Made by a program: the position numbers and the translations under genes | Shown: positions 27,330 to 36,570 of the stretch, one piece after another | Layout of the letters: every line of letters begins with the position of its first letter | Numbering within the stretch: position 1 is the first letter of the stretch | Source of the DNA: Deltaproteobacteria bacterium | GTDB taxonomy: Bacteria > Desulfobacterota > DSM-4660 > Desulfatiglandales > HGW-15 | Assembly (NCBI GenBank): GCA_016931115.1 | Contig: JAFGFM010000149.1 | Span: 5,050-69,049 of the forward strand | DNA length: 64,000 nucleotides | Reading direction: 5' to 3' | The notes under the pieces: generated by a model | Told to the model about the DNA's origin: nothing | Databases searched by the model: none | The model's input: the letters and a program-made list of their open reading frames with translations, nothing else

Positions 27330-27634
27330 GAGAGAAATTCATGGCGTGAGTTTTAAATGCCACGGCTGTAATTCACATCTAACAGCTGAGGTAGAAGGGA
27401 CGAACATCAACCCCCATCTTGCCATGGATGATATTCTTGAGGCATTTGGAGGGTAGACTATAGATGAAAGAGTAGTGTAATTGCTCCTAAATATATGTTT
27501 TCCCCTCTTTATATATGAGTTTTCCTTTTGATAAAATCTCACTTACGAATTCATCTATTTCATTGACAGCCGTATCATAAATTGATTGAATCCGGTTATT
27601 AAGACCATTATTTTATTAATAAAATTAAGGGGGG

Positions 27635-28402
27635 ATGAGTATGAAGACTGAAATTACGCGAAGACGAATGTTGCAGATAGGTGGCGCTGCTGTAGGAGGA
27701 GTGATCCTGAGCAGTGCAGACCGGATTGTCAGGGCAGACGCTCCAAAACCTGCTCAGTGGGTATGGAAACCCATTAAACCCGAATCTATCCAGGAAAGGG
27801 CATATCAGTCAGCATGGGCTAAGATCGGCTGTATGTACGGTATTGTAGAGTCAATTATAGGAACGCTGACTGACAAATACGGCGCCCCATACAATACGTT
27901 CCCGGTTGCCTCAACCGTTTATGGCAGTGGGGGCATAGGCGGAGTTGGCTCCCTTTGCGGGACAGTAAACGCCGGGGGCCTTCTTTTTGGCATCTTTGTA
28001 GAAAAACAGGAAGATCTCTTTGCTCTCTGTAATGAACTTTCCCTGTGGTATGAAAAAACAGCAATGCCCATTTATAAGCCTGTTAAACCGAATCAGGATA
28101 TCCCGATTGTCACCTCAGTATCAGGGTCAAATCTTTGTCATATCTCCTGCACAAAATGGTCAAATGCCTCAGGTCATAAGCTGATGACAATGCCCCATTT
28201 TGAACGATGCAACCGTATGGTGTCGGATGTGGCAATGAAGGTGGTTAGCATGCTCAATGATTACGCAGCAGGCAAGATAAAATATTCAGAGACCCTGAAT
28301 GATTTTTCAAAAGGATGCTTAGCATGTCACGGGCCAGAAAAGGATAAAGGGAATGTTTCAGCCAATATGTCATGCGACACATGTCATGAAAACCCGCATT
28401 AA
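27635..28402 (+). CDS. Split-Soret-type dihaem cytochrome c (Tat signal + C_GCAxxG_C_C-like domain + 2 CxxCH)
   Basis: Twin-arginine signal TRRRMLQIGGAAVGG. Cys pattern GCMYG / SLCGTVNAG / CHISC. C-terminal CLACH and CDTCH. Confidence 0.6.
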   Translation: MSMKTEITRRRMLQIGGAAVGGVILSSADRIVRADAPKPAQWVWKPIKPESIQERAYQSAWAKIGCMYGIVESIIGTLTDKYGAPYNTFPVASTVYGSGGIGGVGSLCGTVNAGGLLFGIFVEKQEDLFALCNELSLWYEKTAMPIYKPVKPNQDIPIVTSVSGSNLCHISCTKWSNASGHKLMTMPHFERCNRMVSDVAMKVVSMLNDYAAGKIKYSETLNDFSKGCLACHGPEKDKGNVSANMSCDTCHENPH

Positions 28403-28465
28403 TATCTATATCATGAAGTAGGGCTATAAGAGAGCAGGGAACCATTAAAGGATAAGGAGAGTGCC

Positions 28466-29491
28466 ATGAATATTCACGATTACCCGATTACACCAAGAGA
28501 AAATTATCTGCGGCTCATGAAAAATGATGATCCTCAATATCTCTGTAATGAACACCTCTATACAAATGGTTTTTTCTTTGATGCCATACTGCTCTCATCA
28601 CCTCAGCGGGTTGAAGGTGAGACTGTAAAAGACAGCTGGGGGGTATCTTGGAAATGGTTAAAGGGACATTTTGCAGCCAACCCATATATAACAGATGAAA
28701 CCAAGGTGATAAAGGATATTACCAGGTGGGAAAAGTATGTAGATGTGCCCTGGCCCTCAAAAATAGCAAAGAACTGGGAAGAGTCAAAGGCCCGCGCAGA
28801 TGCATTTGACAGGAAGAACCAGCTCCTCATGTGCGTCTGTTTTGGCGGTCTTTTTGAGATGTCCCATCACCTTATGGGGTTTGAAGATGCCCTCATGAAT
28901 TACCTGGCAGAACCTGAGGCCATGACAGAACTTCTCACCGTGATTGCTGATTACAAGATAGAGTATGTGAGGCTGCTTATCGATAACCTTAACCCTGACA
29001 TGATCCATTTTCATGATGACTGGGGTAATAAACGAAGCCTTTTCATGTCGCCTGAGACATGGCGCAAAATGTTAAAGCCCCATTATGAGCGCATCTACGG
29101 GTACATAAAGTCGAGAGGTGTGCTCATACAGCACCATGCTGACTGTGTATGCGCCCCCATAGTAGAGGATATGGTAGAGCTTGGAATCGATGTGTGGCAG
29201 GGGATAATCCCGCAGAATAATATCCAGGATGTTCAGAAGAGGGTAAAAGGCCGCATGGCCCTTCAGGGTGGTATAGACGGCGCTGTATTTGATTTTAAAG
29301 ACTGGAATGAGGCGAATGTGCGCAAAGAGGTGCGCAGGGCCTGTGATGATTATACCCCTGCTGGCCATTTCATACCCTGTATCCCGAACGGCGTACCTCT
29401 TACCCCGGGCATCAATGATGTTGTTGTAGATGAAATAGACACCTATGGCAGGGATTTTTTCAAGCGGTTAAAAGGAAAGGGCTCTTTATAA
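28466..29491 (+). CDS. Uroporphyrinogen decarboxylase (URO-D) family protein, MtaA/CmuA-like
   Basis: 341 aa. Overall resemblance to the URO-D family methyltransferase-like proteins of anaerobes. AAGGAG SD. Confidence 0.6.
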   Translation: MNIHDYPITPRENYLRLMKNDDPQYLCNEHLYTNGFFFDAILLSSPQRVEGETVKDSWGVSWKWLKGHFAANPYITDETKVIKDITRWEKYVDVPWPSKIAKNWEESKARADAFDRKNQLLMCVCFGGLFEMSHHLMGFEDALMNYLAEPEAMTELLTVIADYKIEYVRLLIDNLNPDMIHFHDDWGNKRSLFMSPETWRKMLKPHYERIYGYIKSRGVLIQHHADCVCAPIVEDMVELGIDVWQGIIPQNNIQDVQKRVKGRMALQGGIDGAVFDFKDWNEANVRKEVRRACDDYTPAGHFIPCIPNGVPLTPGINDVVVDEIDTYGRDFFKRLKGKGSL

Positions 29492-29508
29492 AAAACAGAA
29501 AGATAAAA

Positions 29509-31536
29509 TCAGTGCTTTTTCAATTCCTCTTTTATAGCCATCCCCAGGGTTTGGAGCATAAAGGGTTTTTTAATAAATTGACCTGCTCCAAGCCGCATGG
29601 TTTGCTTTACATCTTCTGTCTCCGCAAATCCGCTTACAATAACAGCCTTCTGTGAGGGGTTGATCTTTTTTATCCTCTCATAGGTCTCCCTGCCATTTAT
29701 TCCGGGGTCCATAATCATATCCAGGATAATTAGATCCACTGAGTTTTCTTTAAGGTATTCCACGGCCTCTTCACCGCTGCACACGGTATGCGCTCTGTAG
29801 CTGAGTTTTTCCAGCATCCTGCATGTGATCTCCCTCTGACTTTCTATGTCATCAACAACAAGTATCTTTTCACCCTTTCCAAGCAGAGTGTCTATGGGTA
29901 TTTCAATATCCGCATCTGACATCTCCTCTCTTGTTATGGGAAAATACATATCAAAGGAGGAGCCTCTATCATCACTTGTCACATTGATATACCCTTCATG
30001 CTCCCTCATCACATTCCACACTACAGCAAGACCCAGACCTGTGCCGCTTCTGCCCATAACCTTTTTGGAATAGAAGGGCTCAAATATCCTGCTAAGATCG
30101 GTTGGCGCTATCCCTGTGCCATTATCTGATATGGTTAATACAGCATATTCCCCTGTCTTCACATCGTCATACCCCTTAAGCGGACGGTCAAGATACCTGT
30201 TTGAGGTGGATATTATGACACTCCCTGACTCCTCGATCGCATCGGAGGCGTTTGAAACCAGGTTCATCACTATTTTTCTCAGGTGTATATATGAGCCGTT
30301 TATGTTCAAGAGGGAGTTGTCCAGTTTATATTTGAATGTGATACCAGGGTTATGCGCTTCAACATTCCTGAACTCAGGTGATTTGATATAGTCATTAATC
30401 AGGCTGTTAAGGTTTACAGTCTTTTTCGGTGTTGCTACACTGCGGGCAATGGTTAAAAGGTCCTGCACAATTGCAACCGCCCTCTTTCCGGACTCCATCA
30501 TGGTAGTAATAGGTTTTCTGAGATTACTCTCCTGGGGCAGGTCCATAAGAAGCAGTTCAGGATAACTAACTATGCCTGAAAGGACATTGTTAAGGTCATG
30601 CGCCACACCGCCAGCCAGAAGGCCTAACGATTCCATCTTCTGTGATCTGTGCAGTTTTTCCTCTAATTTTTGTTTATCCTCCTCTGCATTTTTACGATCT
30701 GTAATGTCTACCATGGTCTCCAGCGAATAGCTCATGGCGCCATCTTTATAGATCGGGGTTATGCTTATCTCTGACCATGCATATTCCCCACTCTTTTTCC
30801 TGAAACGCCTTTCACTGGTTTTGACCCCCATGGGAAACTGTTTTTTCTTTTCCTCAAGTGTACCATATGCAGGGTCATCTACCCACCAGGGGTATGGGAT
30901 TTTATGGCCTATTATTTCTGAAGAGGAATAGCCTGTCATCTTTTCAAAATATGGATTTACATACCTGATTGATGTATCAGGGTCCAATACCATTATTGCA
31001 TTTGGTGAATTATCAAGCAGGCTTGTATTGAATTCATTACTCTCCCTGAACGCTGCTTCACTCTTTTTATACCCGGTTATGTTCCTTGTGATCTCAATAA
31101 AACCTGTTACCCCATCACCATTTTTTACCGGGCAGAATATGGTCTCAAAAAAGGATTCTCCTGTATCTGTTACAGCAGATGATTCTTCCTTGAGTTTTTC
31201 ACCTTTCAATACCTTTTCACGAAGCATGTCCCATCTCTTTACCAGTTCAGTGGGGCCGGCCTTATAGGGCTGCATGTCCGGTTTGATATCCTGTTTCAGA
31301 AGATTTTCCATTACATCCCTGTAACTATTGTTATATGCGAGGGGATTACCCTCATGGTCACATATTAAAATAAAATCATCTGTATACTGCATCAGGGTGT
31401 CATAGTGTTTACAGCTCTGATTAAGCCTGCTGATTTCATCAAGCAGATCGATTTCCTTTTGATTCTGTGCCTGAATAACATTTTCAAGCTCCTTTAGCCT
31501 CTTTTCCAACTCAATAATATCCAGCTCTTTTCCCAT
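29509..31536 (-). CDS. Hybrid sensor histidine kinase (coiled coil, 2 PAS, HisKA, HATPase_c, REC)
   Basis: H-box GGVAHDLNNVL, G-boxes DNGTGI and GTGLGL, and a C-terminal receiver (ILVVDD...DLIILDMIMP-like...K). Confidence 0.9.
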   Translation of the reverse strand: MGKELDIIELEKRLKELENVIQAQNQKEIDLLDEISRLNQSCKHYDTLMQYTDDFILICDHEGNPLAYNNSYRDVMENLLKQDIKPDMQPYKAGPTELVKRWDMLREKVLKGEKLKEESSAVTDTGESFFETIFCPVKNGDGVTGFIEITRNITGYKKSEAAFRESNEFNTSLLDNSPNAIMVLDPDTSIRYVNPYFEKMTGYSSSEIIGHKIPYPWWVDDPAYGTLEEKKKQFPMGVKTSERRFRKKSGEYAWSEISITPIYKDGAMSYSLETMVDITDRKNAEEDKQKLEEKLHRSQKMESLGLLAGGVAHDLNNVLSGIVSYPELLLMDLPQESNLRKPITTMMESGKRAVAIVQDLLTIARSVATPKKTVNLNSLINDYIKSPEFRNVEAHNPGITFKYKLDNSLLNINGSYIHLRKIVMNLVSNASDAIEESGSVIISTSNRYLDRPLKGYDDVKTGEYAVLTISDNGTGIAPTDLSRIFEPFYSKKVMGRSGTGLGLAVVWNVMREHEGYINVTSDDRGSSFDMYFPITREEMSDADIEIPIDTLLGKGEKILVVDDIESQREITCRMLEKLSYRAHTVCSGEEAVEYLKENSVDLIILDMIMDPGINGRETYERIKKINPSQKAVIVSGFAETEDVKQTMRLGAGQFIKKPFMLQTLGMAIKEELKKH

Positions 31537-31800
31537 TTGAAAACCTGTTTAATGTTTATATGGTATTTTTTGATGATTAGGTTTTAATTCCCTTTTGAGC
31601 CATTGCGCGGGAAAATATAGAGATAAGAGGATTTTACGGCTGAAAAGTTAAGGTAATATAATTAATTACTTAGAAAATAGCAATATTTTGAAATTTTATT
31701 TTATATACCTTTGATCTAAGTCAAAGACTGCAATCCAGGGCTGTAATATAAATGACTTTATAGTTGATCATCCACATGGAATATAGATGTGGGATCAAAA

Positions 31801-31865
31801 ACAAGATTATAGTAAAGAGCAAGATTAAGATTAAGATTAAGAGCAAGAGAAAGAGTTAGAGTATA
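31801..31865 (+). repeat. Purine-rich hexamer array (AAGATT x3, AAGAGN variants) abutting the SD of the next gene
   Basis: ACAAGATTATAGTAAAGAGCAAGATTAAGATTAAGATTAAGAGCAAGAGAAAGAGTTAGAG, followed by TATAGGAGG and ATG 31876. Confidence 0.8.
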
Positions 31866-31875
31866 GGAGGCAAGT

Positions 31876-32250
31876 ATGACACTTACAAAGATAGGTAATG
31901 ACACGAAGTCACAGAAGAAAACAGGGTTAAAGGGAGGCGAACCGGCCCATATTGATAGTTTAATAGAATATGGTGAAGATGCAGTTGTAAGCCGTACACT
32001 GGTTGAAAACGATGCAGGCACAGTCACCCTGTTTGCCTTTGATGAGGGGCAGGGGCTGAGTGAACATACTGCCCCCTTTGATGCCCTTGTGCAGATTGTA
32101 GATGGTGAAAGTGAGATCATTATTGGAGGGGCATCAAACAGGGTCAAGAATGGAGAGCTAATATTAATGCCTGCAAATATCCCCCATGCACTAAGGGCAA
32201 CTAAACGTTTTAAAATGATACTGACCATGCTGCGGAAAAGGCCTGCATGA
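31876..32250 (+). CDS. Cupin domain protein
   Basis: 124 aa. GLSEHTAPFDALVQIVDGE...MPANIPHAL (cupin motifs 1 and 2). AGGAGG SD. Confidence 0.7.
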   Translation: MTLTKIGNDTKSQKKTGLKGGEPAHIDSLIEYGEDAVVSRTLVENDAGTVTLFAFDEGQGLSEHTAPFDALVQIVDGESEIIIGGASNRVKNGELILMPANIPHALRATKRFKMILTMLRKRPA

Positions 32251-32302
32251 GGAGTTATATATCAAAGGATAACCATTTAAAGGATCGCTGGAAAAATTCT
32301 TT

Positions 32303-32668
32303 CTATTCTGAAGGTTGCCAAATCTCAATATGGTGACCTTCAGGGTCTTCAAGATAAAAAAGCCTTGCACCCCAGGGGTGATTTTTTACTTTGGTCGGTT
32401 TAATCCCTGCATTCATGGCATATTCATATGCAAGTTCTATATCGTCAACCTCAAGTGTAATAATTATCCCCTTACCTTTGCAGCTTTTCATTTTTGCCCG
32501 ATTTTCATCTGCGACACTTAATCTTGCAGAAGGGGAGAGTATGAATTCAAAAAACCAGTCATTGGAAAAATTAACCGGAAGGCAAAGAGTATCCCTGTAG
32601 AAGGAAACCGTGGTTTCCCAGTTTTTGCAGTAAAGGATAATGTTTGAGGTTTTAAGGTGTTTATACAT
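32303..32668 (-). CDS. VOC/glyoxalase-bleomycin-resistance family protein
   Basis: 121 aa. C-terminal FYLEDPEGHHIEI, typical of the VOC fold. Confidence 0.75.
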   Translation of the reverse strand: MYKHLKTSNIILYCKNWETTVSFYRDTLCLPVNFSNDWFFEFILSPSARLSVADENRAKMKSCKGKGIIITLEVDDIELAYEYAMNAGIKPTKVKNHPWGARLFYLEDPEGHHIEIWQPSE

Positions 32669-32800
32669 GGTATTTTTATAAGTGGCCAGTTAAAACCAGC
32701 CTGCTCAGTAGAGTGGTTGGAAAATATAAAAACTCCTATACCCACTCGCCCAAGCCAGACTGGTAAATATCTGGTACAAGATTAATGACCTGAACTTTTT

Positions 32801-33058
32801 TTATACAAATAATGAACCAAAAGTCCATGAATGATCTTCAAAATGGCTCTTAAAACACTCATTGCATAAAAATGCAGAACCATCTTTACAGCCGAACCCG
32901 ATAAGACAGTCAAAGGATGCGCCATCTTCAGATTTAATCTCTGATGTCCATTCACGTTCTTTACAGATAGCACACTTACTCTTTAATATCTCTTTGTAGT
33001 TACCTTTTGATTTGTTTGCCTCAACATAATCTTCTCTTTTAATTCTTTTAAAATTCAT
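32801..33058 (-). CDS. Cys-rich hypothetical protein (putative zinc ribbon)
   Basis: CAIC ... CNEC pairs. AAAGGAG lies 8 nt before ATG 33058; the track start is 33076. Confidence 0.4.
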   Translation of the reverse strand: MNFKRIKREDYVEANKSKGNYKEILKSKCAICKEREWTSEIKSEDGASFDCLIGFGCKDGSAFLCNECFKSHFEDHSWTFGSLFV

Positions 33059-33112
33059 CTTCTTTACTCCTTTCATTTAAAATTGTTATATAGAGACATC
33101 AGTTGAACAACT

Positions 33113-34291
33113 CTAAATCAGCCCTATCCCCCTGTGTTTATCTGCGATAGCCTGGGCAAGTTTATCAATGGCAAGTAAATCGGCCTCTTTTGGCAGACCC
33201 TTGCACAGTACAGGCTCAATCACCTCAACCTTGAGGTTTGGGATCATGCCTGCAAGTGTTTCTACTGTCTTACCGCCCCATTCGTATGAACCGATAATGG
33301 AAAGGAATTTTGTCCTTGGCCTTATGGCATTTGCAAGAAATGCTGCATAGGCGGCGACCGGATGGGGCCCGGCCAGTACAGTGGGCGCACCCACAACTAT
33401 TGTAGCTGCATCCACAAGAGACATGGCTAGCTTACCTATATCGGTGACTGCCAGGTTAAAAAGATCAACGCTTACACCATGTGCTGTAAGCCCTGATAAA
33501 AGCCTCTCAACCATTACCCTTGTGCTGCCGTGCATGGATATAAAGGGCAGAGAGACCAGGTTTTTCGGCCCTCCAGTTACCCACTCTTTATATGCATCCA
33601 TGATCCATTGCGGCTTGTCATAAACCTGGCCGTGGCTCGGGGCAATCATCCTGATCTCATAACCCTTGAGCTTTTCCAGATTTTTTTCTATCACATTTCT
33701 GAAGGGCATCATGATCTCTGCAAAATACCTTTTTGCGGCCTCATGTACCCTGCCCTGGTCTGTCACAAAGATATCAGATGTAGCGATATGAGAACCAAAA
33801 AAATCACAACTGAAAAGGATATTATCCTCAACAAGGTAGGTCACCATTGTCTCAGGCCAGTGCACCCAGGGTGTGTGGATAAATTTCAGGGTCTTGTTGC
33901 CAATAGGAATGGTCTCACCATCTTCAACTGTTACAAATGCATTTTCATCAATATGCAAAAGATCAATAAGTATACCCTTTGCCTTGGGTGTTGCCACTAC
34001 CTTTGCATCAGGATATCTCTTCAATACGACCGGTATAGAGCCTGAATGATCCTGTTCTGCATGGTTTGAGATTATATAATCGATCTTTTTTACATCAGAA
34101 AGCTGATCCATCAGTTCATCACTCATTACAGGGTCAACCGAATCAATCAGAACAGTCTTTTCACTGCCGCAAATAAGATATGAGTTATATGATGTTCCAT
34201 CCGGCAGAGGTATGAGTGAATCAAACAGCCTCCTGTCCCAGTCAATGGAGCCAAGTTTAAAAATACCATCCTTTATTTCTCGTTTTTGCAT
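33113..34291 (-). CDS. Flavodiiron protein (FprA / rubredoxin:oxygen oxidoreductase type)
   Basis: MBL-like domain with HAEQDHSG di-iron ligands, plus a C-terminal flavodoxin-like domain. AAGGAGG SD. Confidence 0.85.
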   Translation of the reverse strand: MQKREIKDGIFKLGSIDWDRRLFDSLIPLPDGTSYNSYLICGSEKTVLIDSVDPVMSDELMDQLSDVKKIDYIISNHAEQDHSGSIPVVLKRYPDAKVVATPKAKGILIDLLHIDENAFVTVEDGETIPIGNKTLKFIHTPWVHWPETMVTYLVEDNILFSCDFFGSHIATSDIFVTDQGRVHEAAKRYFAEIMMPFRNVIEKNLEKLKGYEIRMIAPSHGQVYDKPQWIMDAYKEWVTGGPKNLVSLPFISMHGSTRVMVERLLSGLTAHGVSVDLFNLAVTDIGKLAMSLVDAATIVVGAPTVLAGPHPVAAYAAFLANAIRPRTKFLSIIGSYEWGGKTVETLAGMIPNLKVEVIEPVLCKGLPKEADLLAIDKLAQAIADKHRGIGLI

Positions 34292-34410
34292 AACAGCACC
34301 TCCTTGATACTTTATGGATATTGATAGGTTATAAAATTAGAGCGATATTAAAAAATCAAGGGCATTATACATTAAAAGGGTTGATTCAGGTATAAATTTA
34401 TACCCATCTC

Positions 34411-35025
34411 TTATTTTTCAGTCTGCTGGATAAAAGGCCTCTGTACCAGTTCATCGCCGCAGTTTTTTATCAGGTTTTCAATCCCTGTTTGTGTAGTCTC
34501 AAGATGAAACTGTAAGGCCATTACCCTGTCACCATACATAAATCCCTGGTTTTTACATATATCACTTTCTCCTATGCAGATCGCTTCTTCAGGGAGATCA
34601 AAGGTATCCCCATGCCAGTGGAAGGCAAAAAATTCATCAGGTAAAACGCTTGCGCTTTTTGAATCTGATTTTGTATTTTTCCTCACAGGAAACCAGCCTA
34701 TCTCTTTATTGCTGTTTTTGTATACCTTTGCTCCCAGTACCCCTGCTACTAGCTGCGCCCCAAGGCAGATACCAAGTACAGCTTTACCTGCAAGGATTGA
34801 TTCATTAATGAATTCTTTTTCAGGCTTAAGCCAATCGTATTTATCCTCATCATACACCCCCATTGGCCCGCCCATTACAACCAGCAGATCAAAGGAGTTT
34901 ATGTCAGGCAATTCTTCATCAAGAAAAAAGGCGGTTCTTGAAACAGGTATCTTTTTATCTTTTACCCACTCGGAAATAATTCCAAGCCCCTCAAATGGCA
35001 CATGTTGTAAAAAATGAAGTTTCAT
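34411..35025 (-). CDS. Class I glutamine amidotransferase-like protein
   Basis: Nucleophile elbow LGICLGAQL and a downstream HLE (His-Glu) motif. Confidence 0.8.
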   Translation of the reverse strand: MKLHFLQHVPFEGLGIISEWVKDKKIPVSRTAFFLDEELPDINSFDLLVVMGGPMGVYDEDKYDWLKPEKEFINESILAGKAVLGICLGAQLVAGVLGAKVYKNSNKEIGWFPVRKNTKSDSKSASVLPDEFFAFHWHGDTFDLPEEAICIGESDICKNQGFMYGDRVMALQFHLETTQTGIENLIKNCGDELVQRPFIQQTEK

Positions 35026-35297
35026 GCTGTATATTCACCTTGTATATAATTCAGGACCATTCTGCAAATCTAGTGATTTTCAGAGACTTCTTCAAGGTAA
35101 TTTTCTTCTTTCTCACGATCAGAGCTGTCCATTATTTTCTTAAGATCAATACTTTCCTTTATCCATGAAAAATTCTTCTGAATGTGCACTCAATATCAGA
35201 CACTCTAATCAGCTTTTAAACAGATGTGATTAACCCTGTATGGTTTAGATAATCTGCCGGCAAATTCCCCTGTATTTTCACATGGGGTTTTTTATTG

Positions 35298-35325
35298 TTG
35301 ACAAAGAAATGCTGAAATGTAAGAT
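35298..35325 (+). promoter_or_regulatory. Sigma-70-like promoter candidate
   Basis: TTGACA, 16-nt spacer, TAAGAT. No annotated gene starts within 200 nt. Confidence 0.3.
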
Positions 35326-35439
35326 TTGCGCCATTATGATAAAAATGATGGAAAATCAAAGTATTAAAATAATTTTTCAGGTCTTCTTTTTTAAGGGGAA
35401 GGCCTGTTAAAAAAACGTGTGTTAATAAACAGGTCAATA

Positions 35440-35470
35440 AACGCCGGGCACACTCCCTGGCGTTTTTTGT
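35440..35470 (+). terminator. Rho-independent terminator-like hairpin 60 nt upstream of the MBL gene
   Basis: AACGCCGGG / CCCTGGCGTT stem (9 bp including one G-U), 6-nt loop, then TTTTTTG. T-rich only on the + strand. Confidence 0.45.
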
Positions 35471-35533
35471 TATATGCCAATTATAAAGAAATACTTTTTG
35501 TATAATACAAATAAGAAGGAGGATTTAGATTAG

Positions 35534-36457
35534 ATGAATATAAAGCAACATCCCCCAATTGAGGTGACTAAAAATTTTTATAAACTTGGGACACCTGCCT
35601 TCCCATGCTTCCTTTCAATAGGCGATTTCGGTATGCTTATTGAGGGAGGAACCGGCCCTACATACCAGATTATTGTAGATCAGATCAACTATCTGGGGAT
35701 TGATCCAAAGACCATTAAATACATAGTATTGACCCATACGCATGCTGACCATATCGGCGGCATTCCTCACTTTAAAAGAATCTGGCCCCATATAAAGCTG
35801 ATAGCAAGCCCGAATGCTGAAAAGGTGTTCAGTAAAACAGAGCTGTTCCATGAATTCCTGGTTGTTGACACCGGCATTGCACAGCTTATGAAGGCAAAGA
35901 ATGAGATAGAGGAGCTTCCCCCTGTGCCTGAAGATTACACCTTTCAGGTGGATCAGACAGTAAAGGAGGGCGACAAACTGGATTTAGGAAAGGGTATTGT
36001 ATGGGATGTCTATGAAACCACAGGCCATTCACATTGCCATCTCTCCTTTTTCGACAAAAAAGAGGGGACACTGATCGTTGGAGATTCAACAGGTTTTTAT
36101 GTGCCTGAAAAAGATGCCTTCTGGCCGAACTATTTTGTATCTTTGCCGGATTACTGCAACAGCATAAGAAAGCTTGCAACCCTGCCAGCCAAGAGGGCGG
36201 TGCTAAGCCATAACCACATAATAGAGGGTGATGTAAAAGGGCATCTTAAGAGTGCTATGGATGCAACAAGGGAGTATCATAATGAACTCCTTGACCGTCT
36301 TGAAAGGGGCGATGATCCTGAGTCAATCGCCATAGACAAGGGGCGTTTTGTTTACAGTATTACCGACATTCAGCCTTTCAAGGTCATGTATGACCTCTGC
36401 AAGGTGATGGTAATGAGATCACAGAAAAATGGAAGGGACTCGGATTTCAGCATATAG
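35534..36457 (+). CDS. MBL-fold metallo-hydrolase
   Basis: HTHADHIGG motif. AGGAGG SD. Confidence 0.8.
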   Translation: MNIKQHPPIEVTKNFYKLGTPAFPCFLSIGDFGMLIEGGTGPTYQIIVDQINYLGIDPKTIKYIVLTHTHADHIGGIPHFKRIWPHIKLIASPNAEKVFSKTELFHEFLVVDTGIAQLMKAKNEIEELPPVPEDYTFQVDQTVKEGDKLDLGKGIVWDVYETTGHSHCHLSFFDKKEGTLIVGDSTGFYVPEKDAFWPNYFVSLPDYCNSIRKLATLPAKRAVLSHNHIIEGDVKGHLKSAMDATREYHNELLDRLERGDDPESIAIDKGRFVYSITDIQPFKVMYDLCKVMVMRSQKNGRDSDFSI

Positions 36458-36464
36458 TTTGAAA

Positions 36465-36513
36465 GCAGACAGCTGTCAGCGCTCAGCTTTCAGCCAAAAG
36501 CTTATAGAAACGT
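36465..36513 (+). repeat. Heptad array, GCNNNCA subfamily
   Basis: GCAGACA GCTGTCA GCGCTCA GCTTTCA GCCAAAA GCTTATA GAAACGT. Starts with the same GTTTGAAAGC lead-in as the array at 39126. Confidence 0.75.
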
Positions 36514-36539
36514 ACCCGGATGATTATTTGATCCGGGTA
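36513..36539 (+). terminator. Hairpin after the MBL gene (weak T-tract)
   Basis: TACCCGGAT / ATCCGGGTA 9-bp stem, 9-nt loop, followed by TGTTTAAT. Confidence 0.4.
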
Positions 36540-36570
36540 TGTTTAATAAACTAACCTTACAGACCTGATA

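Noticed and set aside
27339-27542. 67-aa minus-strand ORF.
   Set aside because: It has no SD or motif, and it overlaps the Fe-S gene debris on the other strand.
31758-32228. 156-aa minus-strand ORF.
   Set aside because: It is antisense to the cupin gene (31876..32250), which has an SD and cupin motifs. Its C-terminal end is translated from the hexamer repeat.
33168-34045. Several + strand ORFs: 33168..33350, 33381..33623 and 33530..34045.
   Set aside because: All lie antisense within the well-supported flavodiiron gene.
34574-35017. 147-aa + strand ORF.
   Set aside because: It is antisense to the glutamine-amidotransferase-like gene and is Ser/Pro-rich shadow sequence.
35216-35437. 73-aa minus-strand ORF in the 508-bp gap.
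   Set aside because: It has no SD and odd composition (His/Phe/Asn-rich). The region is better explained by + strand promoter and terminator signals.
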